From a virus: a DNA stretch of 39,254 bases. The notes below the pieces were generated by a model that ran no database searches, had not been told where the DNA came from, and worked only from the letters and a program-made list of their open reading frames with translations. This document shows positions 18,735 through 27,676 of this stretch, piece by piece. The stretch lies in the UHGV virus genome UHGV-0143367; one strand, written 5' to 3'. The position numbers were made by a program, and so were the translations under genes. The first letter of the stretch is position 1; the number at the start of each line of letters is the position of its first letter.

Positions 18735-19698
18735 TATCGTTTCCCAGCGCGTTGAAAGCAGATCGTACCGCACGAGCCAGGGCAATAGCCGCTTCTTCGG
18801 TTCGACCCCCTGGTACGTTGGGGAGAGTAGCGGCGAGCACTGCTGATAATGTTTCTTTCGCAATATCGTGGCAGGAAAGACCCAATGATGCTGTATGTGC
18901 AAGTGGTGGTAATGCTTTCGATACCATGGTGCTGCTATCACCCCAATTACTGATGATGATTCGCCCACCGCCAGCCAGATTGACAACCATGTCCTTATCG
19001 CTCACCTCAAATGAAATGCCATGAATGTTACTATCGGCACCAGATGCGGACGGGGCATCGTTTACGTTAATGCTCATAGATGCTGTATAGGTTAATGGCG
19101 TTATCTCACCGCAGCTCGTATGTTGCTTAAAGATTTGAGAGGATACTCGGGCATTTGCTATAGCCTGAGCCAGAACGTTCACAGCATCCCCGATACATGG
19201 GCGACCACTTTTCCAAGCATCGTCAAGAATCTTACCTACATCGATGTTGCTATTACTGGTCTTCGGCTTCAGCGTTTCTGCCGCGTGGATAGTTTCCGAA
19301 ATAAATGCGTTATTGATGAAGACTTCACCGTTTTCAATCTTAAATTTTGGTGCAACAAAAGAGGTCATTAAGCACATGTCGTTACTACCAGCCATTGCAT
19401 TGAGGTACTCTTCTGCATTGCTGGATGACACACCTTCGATCCAGTCACTTCCCATCCAATCACGAACTGCACCATTTTTATCAATCGGTCGTAAGCGAAT
19501 CTGCAGGCGTTCGCCACCCTTAAGGCCACCGATTAACGCTCCAACTAATGGCCATGCGATAACCTGTCTTTTCAAACGTCCATCGGCGTTGAGATACTGC
19601 ATTTCAAGCCGCGAATGCTCGCCGCTATTTTCTGGCCACTGCCATTCAACCTGGATACCCCAGACTCGGGGTGACGTTAATACTTGCGGAAGTTGCAT
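18718..19698 (-). CDS. Hypothetical 326-aa protein, possible N-terminal FN3/Ig-like fold
   Basis: AAGGA Shine-Dalgarno before ATG; lower GC than the structural block; no recognisable catalytic motif. Confidence 0.45.
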   Translation of the reverse strand: MQLPQVLTSPRVWGIQVEWQWPENSGEHSRLEMQYLNADGRLKRQVIAWPLVGALIGGLKGGERLQIRLRPIDKNGAVRDWMGSDWIEGVSSSNAEEYLNAMAGSNDMCLMTSFVAPKFKIENGEVFINNAFISETIHAAETLKPKTSNSNIDVGKILDDAWKSGRPCIGDAVNVLAQAIANARVSSQIFKQHTSCGEITPLTYTASMSINVNDAPSASGADSNIHGISFEVSDKDMVVNLAGGGRIIISNWGDSSTMVSKALPPLAHTASLGLSCHDIAKETLSAVLAATLPNVPGGRTEEAAIALARAVRSAFNALGNDNASPR

Positions 19699-19810
19699 TG
19701 AATTTTCCTTTTAGACGTGAGCCTGTCGCACGGCAAAGCCGCCAAGAGTTAACGGATTACCCAGGCTCACTACTGAAAGACTCTCTTTGATGTGCGCGTG
19801 CGATGCGCAT

Positions 19811-19833
19811 AAAAAAACCACCCGAAGGTGGTT
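19811..19833 (-). terminator. Rho-independent terminator (AACCACC-ttcg-GGTGGTT + U7)
   Basis: Perfect 7-bp stem followed by a 7-nt U run on the minus strand. Confidence 0.6.
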
Positions 19834-19839
19834 CATTTC

Positions 19840-19859
19840 ATTGGGACCATGGTCCCAAT
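19840..19859. repeat. SopB-box-like palindrome ATTGGGACCATGGTCCCAAT
   Basis: Perfect 20-bp palindrome, same sequence as 4669-4688 and 32501-32520. Confidence 0.7.
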
Positions 19860-20173
19860 CAGGCAGCCTGTTCGCTGGCCACCGGTGGGTAATGCAGTGT
19901 GCTGTAGACCGGCAGCTCCATTTTGTACGCGTAGTGATACTCAGCGGTCGCGCCAGATGACGCCTGCCAGCCTGGCAGCATCAAAATGGCATCCGCACAG
20001 CGCAGCATCGCAAAGCAGATGTCCATATACTCGCGCGGCTCCATGCCTGCCGGTAGCGTGGCGGGATTAAGGACGACATGCCCATGCTTAGCCAGCCGCT
20101 CAGCTTCTTTGTTGAACGCCTCGCGGTTGAAATTCTCACTGCCTGTCATGGGGCCAGCGATGTAGACTTTCAT
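19859..20173 (-). CDS. DUF4406 / nucleoside 2-deoxyribosyltransferase-like protein
   Basis: 104 aa starting MKVYIAGPMTG, the characteristic N-terminal motif of this fold family as recalled. Confidence 0.5.
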   Translation of the reverse strand: MKVYIAGPMTGSENFNREAFNKEAERLAKHGHVVLNPATLPAGMEPREYMDICFAMLRCADAILMLPGWQASSGATAEYHYAYKMELPVYSTLHYPPVASEQAA

Positions 20174-20436
20174 TCGTCATCCTCAATCAGTGCCGTTAAT
20201 TTGATGGCAAACATCGGTTCGTAATACGGGTCAATCAGTGTCATGAACCAAATCGGGATACCCGATAGCCAATCGGCAGCATCCAGTGTCCATTCCGGCA
20301 CCCAATTCCGCGTGGCCACATCCGGGCATTCATCGTTACGCATGTTGACGTAGACCGGAACACACCCCCAGAACAATCCATAATGCGTGAACTGGCGGCG
20401 TATCTCGGCTTTCGTCATTCTTTTAAAGAGCGCCAT
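20170..20436 (-). CDS. Hypothetical protein
   Basis: 88-aa ORF, start/stop coupled with neighbours. Confidence 0.35.
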   Translation of the reverse strand: MALFKRMTKAEIRRQFTHYGLFWGCVPVYVNMRNDECPDVATRNWVPEWTLDAADWLSGIPIWFMTLIDPYYEPMFAIKLTALIEDDE

Positions 20437-20443
20437 ATTCCCT

Positions 20444-20692
20444 CTACTTCGGTGGGATACAGCCCGCTTCCAGCGCGGCTATATATCCGGTGAGCTTCCC
20501 CATATCGCTCTCCGGGATGACGAAATAACCATCCACATGAGCAATATCAATCGTCGGTTTTTCCGCTGCGCATGGTGCCGCTTTCATTGTCGGTACCAAC
20601 TGATCCGAGTTCCCGCACGCGCCCAAACCTACGCAGATAATCAGCAGGGTTATTGCGCGCATAATCAATGCGCTGTTGCCGCTCATCTTCAC
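20444..20692 (-). CDS. Lipoprotein (possible o-spanin)
   Basis: 82 aa, signal peptide with lipobox LGAC; position downstream of holin/endolysin candidates. Confidence 0.4.
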   Translation of the reverse strand: MKMSGNSALIMRAITLLIICVGLGACGNSDQLVPTMKAAPCAAEKPTIDIAHVDGYFVIPESDMGKLTGYIAALEAGCIPPK

Positions 20693-21150
20693 TGTGCGTC
20701 TTTGCTACCTGGATGATCATTTCCAGGATAATCGCCAGCACTCTCAATCCTACTTCCACGAATCTCTCCCCGGTTTTTAGCTGTTTCAACTGCAACGCGG
20801 TATTCGTCATCCGTGGCGCCAGCGGCTTTTGCCGTTTCCGTAACCTGCTTAGCGACTGAGGCATTACGCGCATGCTTGTAATTCGCCGCTACATAATCCA
20901 GGACCATCATCACGACGCTGGGGATCTTGTCCGTTACCGATGGCGGCAGAACGGCACGCAGCTGCGCGATGGCATAGAGCACAATAAAGACCGCCGTTAC
21001 TCCACCGGCCCAGCCAGCGGGAAGGCTGGAGATCAGCGAGTCGATATCAATGCTATCTGCTGCAAACACCGGACGAGTGACCATCAGCAGCAGGAAGAAC
21101 ACGCCGTTCATGAGTACCCAGGCGCGGGTAATGCTTCTTAATTTGTTCAT
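20689..21150 (-). CDS. Membrane protein in lysis cassette (possible spanin/antiholin component)
   Basis: Start placed at internal Met (MNKLRSITRAW...) to avoid overlap with upstream gene; N-terminal signal/TM and a second hydrophobic segment. Confidence 0.3.
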   Translation of the reverse strand: MNKLRSITRAWVLMNGVFFLLLMVTRPVFAADSIDIDSLISSLPAGWAGGVTAVFIVLYAIAQLRAVLPPSVTDKIPSVVMMVLDYVAANYKHARNASVAKQVTETAKAAGATDDEYRVAVETAKNRGEIRGSRIESAGDYPGNDHPGSKDAQ

Positions 21151-21163
21151 GGGAACCTCACAT

Positions 21164-21655
21164 TCACTGGCCAAGCAACGCATCAACATCAGCGCGGCGA
21201 CATTTATCGAGATAGTCAGCTGGCGTACCTTTGCCGGCGACGGTGTTGTAGTATTTTTTCCAGTAGTCCGCGCGAGCCTCACGCGTACCGGGAATGGATT
21301 CCGGTACCGCCAGGTAGCGCAAACGACAAAACAGCATCGCCATCAGTGGTGATGTGCGAAGCTCCTGGTAAACCGTTCGGCTCAGGTCGATGCCAAACGT
21401 GGAAAGAAGAGGGGCCGCATAACGGCTGTTCCGGTACTTATCGCGCAACCATTCAAACGTACCGATATCGACCTGGGTCAATCCGGTACCGGCGCTCGTT
21501 GGTGTCGGATCTTTAAAGTCACCGAGCAGCGTTTCTGCTGCTGCCGTTTCGACACACAGCGAAACCGCGGCGTTATTTTTACCGTGTCCTATCACGTCAC
21601 AGATAACCGTGGCGTAACGAACCGCGTCCTGTTTGCTAATCAGTCCGTAATTCAT
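21164..21655 (-). CDS. Putative endolysin (by position after holin)
   Basis: 163 aa, typical endolysin size; no catalytic motif recognised with certainty. Confidence 0.35.
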   Translation of the reverse strand: MNYGLISKQDAVRYATVICDVIGHGKNNAAVSLCVETAAAETLLGDFKDPTPTSAGTGLTQVDIGTFEWLRDKYRNSRYAAPLLSTFGIDLSRTVYQELRTSPLMAMLFCRLRYLAVPESIPGTREARADYWKKYYNTVAGKGTPADYLDKCRRADVDALLGQ

Positions 21656-21963
21656 CGTTGTTTTCTCCCGCCGAATAAACGGCTGATAGTCCGCTTCGCA
21701 AACCGCGTGACCTCGTTGACTGTATGCGGCCAGGCCACCGACGCGAGTCCGGCCAAAGTGATAATTTTTAGAATTGAGATTTCGCCGATCACGCCGTAAG
21801 ACCAGAGGATGATGGCTACCAGAACCCCCCGAAGGACATCACCTACAAGGCGCTTTAAATTGATGGGGTCGGCAGAGAGCAGGGCGCTGGATATTGCTCC
21901 TGCTGCGAGCATGAGCAAAACCAGCCATAAATCAGGATTCCCGTATTCGATAGCTGTGTTCAT
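21652..21963 (-). CDS. Putative holin
   Basis: About 103 aa from MNTAIEY; two to three hydrophobic helices and a charged C-terminus; first gene after the 21992-22017 terminator. Confidence 0.5.
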   Translation of the reverse strand: MNTAIEYGNPDLWLVLLMLAAGAISSALLSADPINLKRLVGDVLRGVLVAIILWSYGVIGEISILKIITLAGLASVAWPHTVNEVTRFAKRTISRLFGGRKQR

Positions 21964-21991
21964 GACGCAACCCGAGACCTGCAGCGCAGGC

Positions 21992-22017
21992 AAATAAAAA
22001 GCCCCGCAATGCGGGGC
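21992..22017 (-). terminator. Rho-independent terminator (GCCCCGC-att-GCGGGGC + U-rich) upstream of lysis genes
   Basis: Perfect 7-bp GC stem plus UUUUUAUUU on the minus strand. Confidence 0.6.
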
Positions 22018-22022
22018 TGTGG

Positions 22023-23084
22023 TTATAATTCTGTAATTTCTGAGACAGTCTGTAAGAAGCGCTCCTCTTCCAGCTCAACGCCAATTGCACGCCGGCCCAG
22101 CTGCATAGCTGCTTTGACCGTTGCCCCCGAACCCATAAAGAAGTCGGCTACCAGGTCGCCAGGGCGAGTACTGGCTGAGATGATATCGATCATCATCTCT
22201 ATCGGCTTTTCACATGGATGTTTACCGGGATAATGCTGGACTGGTGGGTACGTCCAGACGTTCGTATGCGGTACGTCCTTTGTTACCCGGAATGGGCGCC
22301 GCAGGTTTTCGTACTGCTCACGCAAATCACCGTACTGTTTAACCAGTTCTGAATACTGCCCCGATAACTCGTTGTATTCCGCTTCCAGCACGGCGTGGTC
22401 GGACAGTAAGCCAGAGGTTTTCTTCTCTTTCGCTACCCGATTAAACAACGCCTGAAGAGCCTGGTATTGTTTTTCGCTGGGCAGTTGCCATTGGCTTGAG
22501 CTAAACCAGTGGCTGCACATTTGAGTACCCGTCGCCGCGTTAATCTCTGCTGCCGAAATACCCAGGCGCTGCCGGGTAGTTCGGAAGTATTCAATCAACG
22601 GCGCAAAGACCTGGCTTTTCAGTTCCCGGCACTTCGTCGCATACCCGGCATTACCTTTTGCGAATCCCTCAGAGCCATAATGTTCAGCAAACACAATGTG
22701 CTCAGTCGCCGGGAAATACGATCTCAAATCCTCTTTCCGGCAGCCGTTCCAACGACCGCTCGGTTTGGCCCAGATGATATGGTTTAGCACGTTGAACCGC
22801 TCGCCTATCAGCAGTTCTGTGTCAGATGACAGCTTAGGACCGCAGAATACGTACAGAGAGCCAGCCGGCTTCAGCACCCGCCAGAATTCCGCCAAGCACT
22901 CATCGAGCCATGCCAGATAATCAACAGCCGTCGGCCATTGGTTATCCCACGATGCCGCCTTTACTTTGTAGTAGGGCGGGTCGGTGATGATGGCATCGAT
23001 ACTGTTGTCCGGGAGAGTTTTTATGTATGCCAGAGTATCAGCACGCACAAGAACGGCACTGTTTATATTTACAGTGTTTTCCAT
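22023..23084 (-). CDS. DNA methyltransferase, beta-class (N6-adenine or N4-cytosine), orphan
   Basis: 353 aa; DPPY catalytic motif near the N-terminus (AIITDPPYY) and FxGxG AdoMet motif near the C-terminus (FFMGSGAT); no adjacent restriction endonuclease. Confidence 0.8.
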   Translation of the reverse strand: MENTVNINSAVLVRADTLAYIKTLPDNSIDAIITDPPYYKVKAASWDNQWPTAVDYLAWLDECLAEFWRVLKPAGSLYVFCGPKLSSDTELLIGERFNVLNHIIWAKPSGRWNGCRKEDLRSYFPATEHIVFAEHYGSEGFAKGNAGYATKCRELKSQVFAPLIEYFRTTRQRLGISAAEINAATGTQMCSHWFSSSQWQLPSEKQYQALQALFNRVAKEKKTSGLLSDHAVLEAEYNELSGQYSELVKQYGDLREQYENLRRPFRVTKDVPHTNVWTYPPVQHYPGKHPCEKPIEMMIDIISASTRPGDLVADFFMGSGATVKAAMQLGRRAIGVELEEERFLQTVSEITEL

Positions 23085-23220
23085 GGTGTTTATCAGCCTT
23101 TTTTGATAGGCTCGTTTTGCTGTTGCGCATCAGCAATGGGCCTTGTTTCACCCTGTCCCGCGGCATGGGCTGAAAGCTGTGGCATGGTCACACATGCTGC
23201 AGCGCCCATTTTCAAGGCAC

Positions 23221-23244
23221 AAAAAAACCGCCATGAAGGCGGTT
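23221..23244 (-). terminator. Rho-independent terminator (AACCGCC-ttcat-GGCGGTT + U7)
   Basis: Stem-loop followed by a U run on the minus strand. Confidence 0.55.
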
Positions 23245-23317
23245 AGAATAAGCTGGTTACAGAAAACCCAACTTAGAAAAAGTTTAATTTTTTTGTGAAG
23301 TTTTTGCAAGCTCCAGG

Positions 23318-23335
23318 TTGGGACCATGGTCCCAA
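23318..23335. repeat. SopB-box-like palindrome TTGGGACCATGGTCCCAA
   Basis: Perfect 18-bp palindrome in an AT-rich intergenic region. Confidence 0.7.
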
Positions 23336-23422
23336 TTTATCCGCGTCGCCACAACACGCCTGGAATATCCAACCTATCCGCCATCGACAAGCTGGGAAAT
23401 AGGACATATCAAAGCATCTGGA

Positions 23423-23704
23423 TCACCCGGCAGACTGGCGATCAGAGCTAGAGCCATACAGGCTGTAGTACTTGCTGCTCTGCTGATACAACTCAACATC
23501 TATCCGCTTTCGTATGGCTTCACAGTCTTGAGTCATCTCTCCAGCAGCGCCCATTAAATTAATGGCCTCGTTCAGATAAATGCTGCCTTCACTGCTATCC
23601 AGCGTCCGACGAACAACCTGAATCAATGCGTTTAGCTGCTGTAGTTTCAACGCGAGTAAATCAGAACTGCATGTGTCGTCTGTCATCAATTCAACCTCCT
23701 GCAA
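23423..23704 (-). CDS. Hypothetical protein
   Basis: 93-aa ORF. Confidence 0.35.
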   Translation of the reverse strand: MQEVELMTDDTCSSDLLALKLQQLNALIQVVRRTLDSSEGSIYLNEAINLMGAAGEMTQDCEAIRKRIDVELYQQSSKYYSLYGSSSDRQSAG

Positions 23705-23713
23705 CCTAGCTAC

Positions 23714-23950
23714 TTAATCCGGCAGCCAGCTATCGTCTTCCCAGACGCTCTGTAAGATGTCCATAGCTGCACTGTGCTCATCTGCTGATTTAGTGCCGGT
23801 GATCTGCACCGCAGAGCTACTGCTCTTTGCTATGCGCAATGTGAATTTTTCGAACTGAGGGGAAAGGCGCTGCTTTACCTGCTCTGAAAGAGCGGCCATT
23901 ACTTTTTCTGAAACCTTAGCTTCTTGATCAATAAGTATTTCTACTCTCAC
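23714..23950 (-). CDS. dinI: DinI-like protein (RecA/SOS modulator)
   Basis: 78 aa; MRVEILIDQ N-terminus and ILQSVWEDDSWL C-terminus resemble E. coli DinI (MRIEVTIAK...ILQETWESADDW) as recalled. Confidence 0.65.
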   Translation of the reverse strand: MRVEILIDQEAKVSEKVMAALSEQVKQRLSPQFEKFTLRIAKSSSSAVQITGTKSADEHSAAMDILQSVWEDDSWLPD

Positions 23951-24034
23951 CGAGATCCCCTTTCCTTGATGATACTGTTTATTTATACAGTGTAAATAGA
24001 GAAAGGGGATCTTCCAAGCTGATTTTAAAAATAT

Positions 24035-24661
24035 TTATCGTATCGATAGGTTTTTGTATCGGATTGTTATCAATCCATATTTCCCAGAACTGATTGCAGC
24101 GGCGCCAGCGGCCAGGATGTCATCACGGTTTATCGGTAGGCCGGCGGCAAGGATTGGATGCTCCCCGGGGATAAATTCAGCAACGCAGTGGTTTTCGGTC
24201 TGCTCGTTGTCTATTTTCCCTGTCGCTGAATCCACAAAACCTACTCGGCCAACGATAAACCAGATTCGGCTGGCCAGCTGCCAGGGAAACCAGTTTTCGC
24301 CAGGACGGGCACGGAAAAGCCATTGAGAATAAGCACCACGCTCAGCCTCTACGCGCGCCTTACGGAAGAAGTTTCCCATGCCATTGTGCGGAGTGGCCGC
24401 TCGGCTGTCCTCTTTCGAGAATGGCGGGTTGGCATAAAGCGCCGGCAGTACGCCGCGACGTTTTGTTTCAGCCATCCAGTCCAGCTGCAGGCAATTATCT
24501 TCGCGGGTAAAAAACTCCGGCAGAAGATGATTTTCAGTGCTGGCGCATGCATCAACATGGCAAGGGCGCAATAGCTCGAAAAGGCCCGCGGCTATGCGCG
24601 GGTCAGTTCTCCATGTGTCTCGATGCTCAGCGGCGGTGTGGCTGCGATGATCTAAGAGCAT
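24035..24661 (-). CDS. Phage Dam-family DNA N6-adenine methyltransferase
   Basis: 208 aa; NPPF motif (LYANPPFS) preceded by a DACAS segment, arrangement of small phage Dam-family enzymes. Confidence 0.65.
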   Translation of the reverse strand: MLLDHRSHTAAEHRDTWRTDPRIAAGLFELLRPCHVDACASTENHLLPEFFTREDNCLQLDWMAETKRRGVLPALYANPPFSKEDSRAATPHNGMGNFFRKARVEAERGAYSQWLFRARPGENWFPWQLASRIWFIVGRVGFVDSATGKIDNEQTENHCVAEFIPGEHPILAAGLPINRDDILAAGAAAISSGKYGLITIRYKNLSIR

Positions 24662-24888
24662 GCCACCTCCCGAATACGATAGCTGTATGACTTACCTGGC
24701 CCGTTGGAACGGCGCTCGGCTTCACCCAACTCTACTGCGCTATCGAGCATGCGACGAATAGTCCTAGTATTCAGGCCAACATCAAATGACAACGTGCCGG
24801 TAGAAATGAAACCATCACCGCCGGCAGTGACGTTCGCCATTGTTCGGCGCGTCAATGTGTTTATCAATACGATGTTCCGGTCTATCAT
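24652..24888 (-). CDS. Hypothetical protein
   Basis: 78-aa ORF, translationally coupled. Confidence 0.35.
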   Translation of the reverse strand: MIDRNIVLINTLTRRTMANVTAGGDGFISTGTLSFDVGLNTRTIRRMLDSAVELGEAERRSNGPGKSYSYRIREVACS

Positions 24889-25196
24889 GCGCCCCCCTGA
24901 TCTGCGTCGGGTAAACGCTTAATTAGTTCCTGCACATCATCAACAATTTTCTCAGCCTGCAGGCGAAGGTCGCTTTTCGGAGTAGGGCGATCCCATTTTG
25001 CCATCTGGGCGCTTTCTTCTGCAGAATGCGTTGCCAACCGAGACAGCTGTCCGTTAAGACCATCATCAATATTGCGCGTTTCGTCAGCTTTCATGCCGTT
25101 ACACTGCCCATATTCAACATCAACATATTCGCGAATATCCTGGCTTGTCGCAGTATCTGGCACTTCAATTTCGACTGTCACTGTTACTACTTTCAC
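24885..25196 (-). CDS. Hypothetical acidic protein
   Basis: 103-aa ORF. Confidence 0.35.
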   Translation of the reverse strand: MKVVTVTVEIEVPDTATSQDIREYVDVEYGQCNGMKADETRNIDDGLNGQLSRLATHSAEESAQMAKWDRPTPKSDLRLQAEKIVDDVQELIKRLPDADQGGA

Positions 25197-25447
25197 TGTT
25201 CCGGCCTCCAGTCGAGTGGAAATACCTCATCCAAGAATCGGCAATTTGTCGCCTTACCATCGCGCGATTTAACGAGAATGTTCACAACGAATATGCCAAG
25301 ACGGTGTTCCTCTTCAATAACTGATTTTCTGACTTCATAGCCGACAACCTCATATTCGCGCATACCGCATGACGACAGGTTAATAAGCACGAAACAACCG
25401 ACGGGAGGAAGGTTTTTCCCATCCCAGATACTTTTCATTCCCATCAT
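25193..25447 (-). CDS. Hypothetical protein
   Basis: 84-aa ORF. Confidence 0.35.
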   Translation of the reverse strand: MMGMKSIWDGKNLPPVGCFVLINLSSCGMREYEVVGYEVRKSVIEEEHRLGIFVVNILVKSRDGKATNCRFLDEVFPLDWRPEQ

Positions 25448-25740
25448 GCTTCTCCTTCGATAACCAATCTGCGCACTTTAATCAGGTGTGGACGGGTTAG
25501 TTTGCACAGTTGCTCGGTTGCGGCGTCGATGGTGTCGAACTTGTGCGCCTCTTCGATATTCAGCGTCCAGTATTTGGCCTTACCATCACCTAAATCAGAC
25601 TCGAAATAGTTTCGCTTTACGTCCATACGCTTTGGCCTACCGAGCATCAACACAATGCCACGCTCATCAAAGAGAATGTCGTCACCCTCCAGCGTCATTA
25701 GGACAAATGGCCCTTCTGGTTTCACTGTTTTGATTGTCAT
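25444..25740 (-). CDS. Hypothetical protein
   Basis: 98-aa ORF. Confidence 0.35.
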   Translation of the reverse strand: MTIKTVKPEGPFVLMTLEGDDILFDERGIVLMLGRPKRMDVKRNYFESDLGDGKAKYWTLNIEEAHKFDTIDAATEQLCKLTRPHLIKVRRLVIEGEA

Positions 25741-25768
25741 AATCCGCGCTCCTTTCTTGTCTGAGTGC

Positions 25769-26395
25769 CTATTGCGCCGGAAATGCCGTCTCTAGATGGC
25801 AGTAATGCGCGCCGTCATGCTTAACCGATAAATCCAACTCCCTTTTACAGCGTGGGCATACAGCTACTGGCTTACAGCCCGCAGCAACAAGAGCTTCGAT
25901 TACTTGGTACTCGTTCATCACTAACGGCAGTTCGATATCTCCATCCGGATAGAACGAGTCCGGCAGCTTGACGGGGCGGAACTCCAGCTCAGCAATATGT
26001 GATTTAGCTTCTTCGTATGCATGGACATAAACACCCATCGTCCGCAGGAGGTTCAGACGGCCTGCAACTAACTCGGCAATCTGTTTATCCCTAGCTTCCA
26101 GCTCGCCTACCAGCGCCATGACATTGGTCGGATTGGCCAGCGCAATGAATGCGGCATCATGGGCCGTATTCAGCTCGCTTCTCCATTCTGAGCGAAATAA
26201 TTTGCACAGAACTACGCGAGCCGCTCCGCCTCTTAGCAAGGCAACTGGCGCCTGAACAATTGAGTTGAACCCGGAGCGCGCATAACTCCACTCGCCTTGA
26301 GTCGCAAGACTTGCGGCTAATTTCATCCGTTGAACCAGTTCAGTGATAGCGCTCATTTCTTCACCTTCCATTTGCGATCGCATTCTTCCAACCAA
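25769..26395 (-). CDS. Hypothetical protein, possibly Ead/Ea22-like, with C-terminal Cys4 cluster
   Basis: 208 aa; coiled-coil middle and CPRCK...C.H C-terminus; family assignment from memory only. Confidence 0.35.
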   Translation of the reverse strand: MVGRMRSQMEGEEMSAITELVQRMKLAASLATQGEWSYARSGFNSIVQAPVALLRGGAARVVLCKLFRSEWRSELNTAHDAAFIALANPTNVMALVGELEARDKQIAELVAGRLNLLRTMGVYVHAYEEAKSHIAELEFRPVKLPDSFYPDGDIELPLVMNEYQVIEALVAAGCKPVAVCPRCKRELDLSVKHDGAHYCHLETAFPAQ

Positions 26396-26754
26396 CCAGC
26401 TAAATTCGCGCTGGCTATTCCATTCATGCCTGTACCTAAATGATATTTTTCACGATGCTTTCTGCAGCGAATCCATACAGGAAATGCCACTATCCAGAAG
26501 ATGAACGGCCAGACAACAATTCCTGCCAAAGCAGTGATAAGAACCGCCAGCATGAGCGGTAGCTCCCTGACTTCCGTGCCAGGGAATTCATAACAAACAT
26601 CTGCAAAAGCTGAAAAAACGGCATCGTATCTGTCGGCTGTAAAAGCCATGCAGTCCAGATAGTTAAAATCGTATCCGGTCGCCGCAGCCCATGTAGGGCG
26701 ATCGAGGAAGTGCTTAAGCGTTAGCATCCTGCCCACCACTCGGTTGATATTCAT
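26356..26754 (-). CDS. Small membrane protein (uncertain)
   Basis: 133 aa from internal ATG of ORF 26353-27099; hydrophobic stretch LPLMLAVLITALAGIVVWPFIFWIVAFPVWI; overlaps exonuclease 3' end by ~40 nt. Confidence 0.25.
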
Positions 26755-27676
26755 AAAGGCCCTGGTGGCGCTTATCGCGCGTGTTCCAGTTCTTCTTGGC
26801 GGCGTTCTCCAGCTGCTCGACGTCGCTATCATCAAACACAACATCGGTGGCCTCTTCGCCATGTGCGCCGCACTCATGACAGAAAACAACGGCGCCGGCA
26901 TACAGGCCATCCTCGCCATAGTTGGCTGGGTTCCACAAAGGTTTGTACTGGAGGCCATGCAGGTGGTGAACAAACACAGACGGCGGCCCGTAGCAGAACG
27001 GGCAGGGGGCCAGCCCTGAATCATCACTGTGGTGAAGGTCAGCGCCGCTGTCTGGAAGATGGGGATCGTTGCAGACGCTTTCCAGAACGCGGAGAACACG
27101 CTGGCAGTCGGCCAGCGAACGGTGAGCTTCAGCGCTGACAGTTACACCCTGCTGAACAACGGCCATCGACAGAGACTGTCGGACAAAGTTTCTATCCTTC
27201 ATAGAAAGCGCGCCGTACCACTGGCTGTAAGTCTCTTTCGCATCGATATGGCCAGAATGAATGCGGCTGTACATTTCCAGCATGGCCGCCGGTGCCAGAT
27301 CGTTATAAAGGCCAGTAATCAGGCAGGTCTGAGTAATCAACCGGGCATCAAATTTTGAGTTCCAGGCAAGCCACTTATGGCCGCCAATCGCGGCGACTAC
27401 CGCCGGATAAACTTCCTGCCAGGATGGGGCATCAGCAACCATTTCGTTGGTGATGTTGTTGATAGCGGTCGCAGCTGCGGGGATAGGGCGGGTCGGCTTA
27501 ACAAGCGTATCAAGCAGCACATCACCACGCATATTGATGATCGAGATTTCGATAATCTCATCATTATCTGCCATCCCGGTTGTTTCCGTATCAATAATAC
27601 GAAAATCACTTTTAAGCCATGTAGCCATTAACAGCTGTAAAATAGTCTTATGTGCATTATCCATCATTATTTCCAT
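26714..27676 (-). CDS. DnaQ-like DEDDh 3'-5' exonuclease fused to a C-terminal Lar-like zinc ribbon
   Basis: Exo I motif FRIIDTETTG near N-terminus, H-x4-D (HRSLAD) Exo III-like; C-terminal CPFCYG...CHECGA...AAKKNWNTR resembles the Lar restriction-alleviation family. Confidence 0.65.
   Translation of the reverse strand: MEIMMDNAHKTILQLLMATWLKSDFRIIDTETTGMADNDEIIEISIINMRGDVLLDTLVKPTRPIPAAATAINNITNEMVADAPSWQEVYPAVVAAIGGHKWLAWNSKFDARLITQTCLITGLYNDLAPAAMLEMYSRIHSGHIDAKETYSQWYGALSMKDRNFVRQSLSMAVVQQGVTVSAEAHRSLADCQRVLRVLESVCNDPHLPDSGADLHHSDDSGLAPCPFCYGPPSVFVHHLHGLQYKPLWNPANYGEDGLYAGAVVFCHECGAHGEEATDVVFDDSDVEQLENAAKKNWNTRDKRHQGLYEYQPSGGQDANA

Noticed and set aside
20547-20873. 108-aa minus-strand ORF overlapping both the lipoprotein and the membrane-protein ORFs in the lysis cassette
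   Set aside because: Could be an Rz-like i-spanin in an overlapped arrangement, but it lacks a clear N-terminal transmembrane anchor and I cannot decide between the competing frames from sequence alone.
26353-27099. 248-aa minus-strand ORF overlapping the exonuclease gene
   Set aside because: Its 5' two-thirds overlap the DnaQ-like exonuclease in another frame; only the 3' 133 codons (26356-26754) are kept, as a low-confidence membrane protein.
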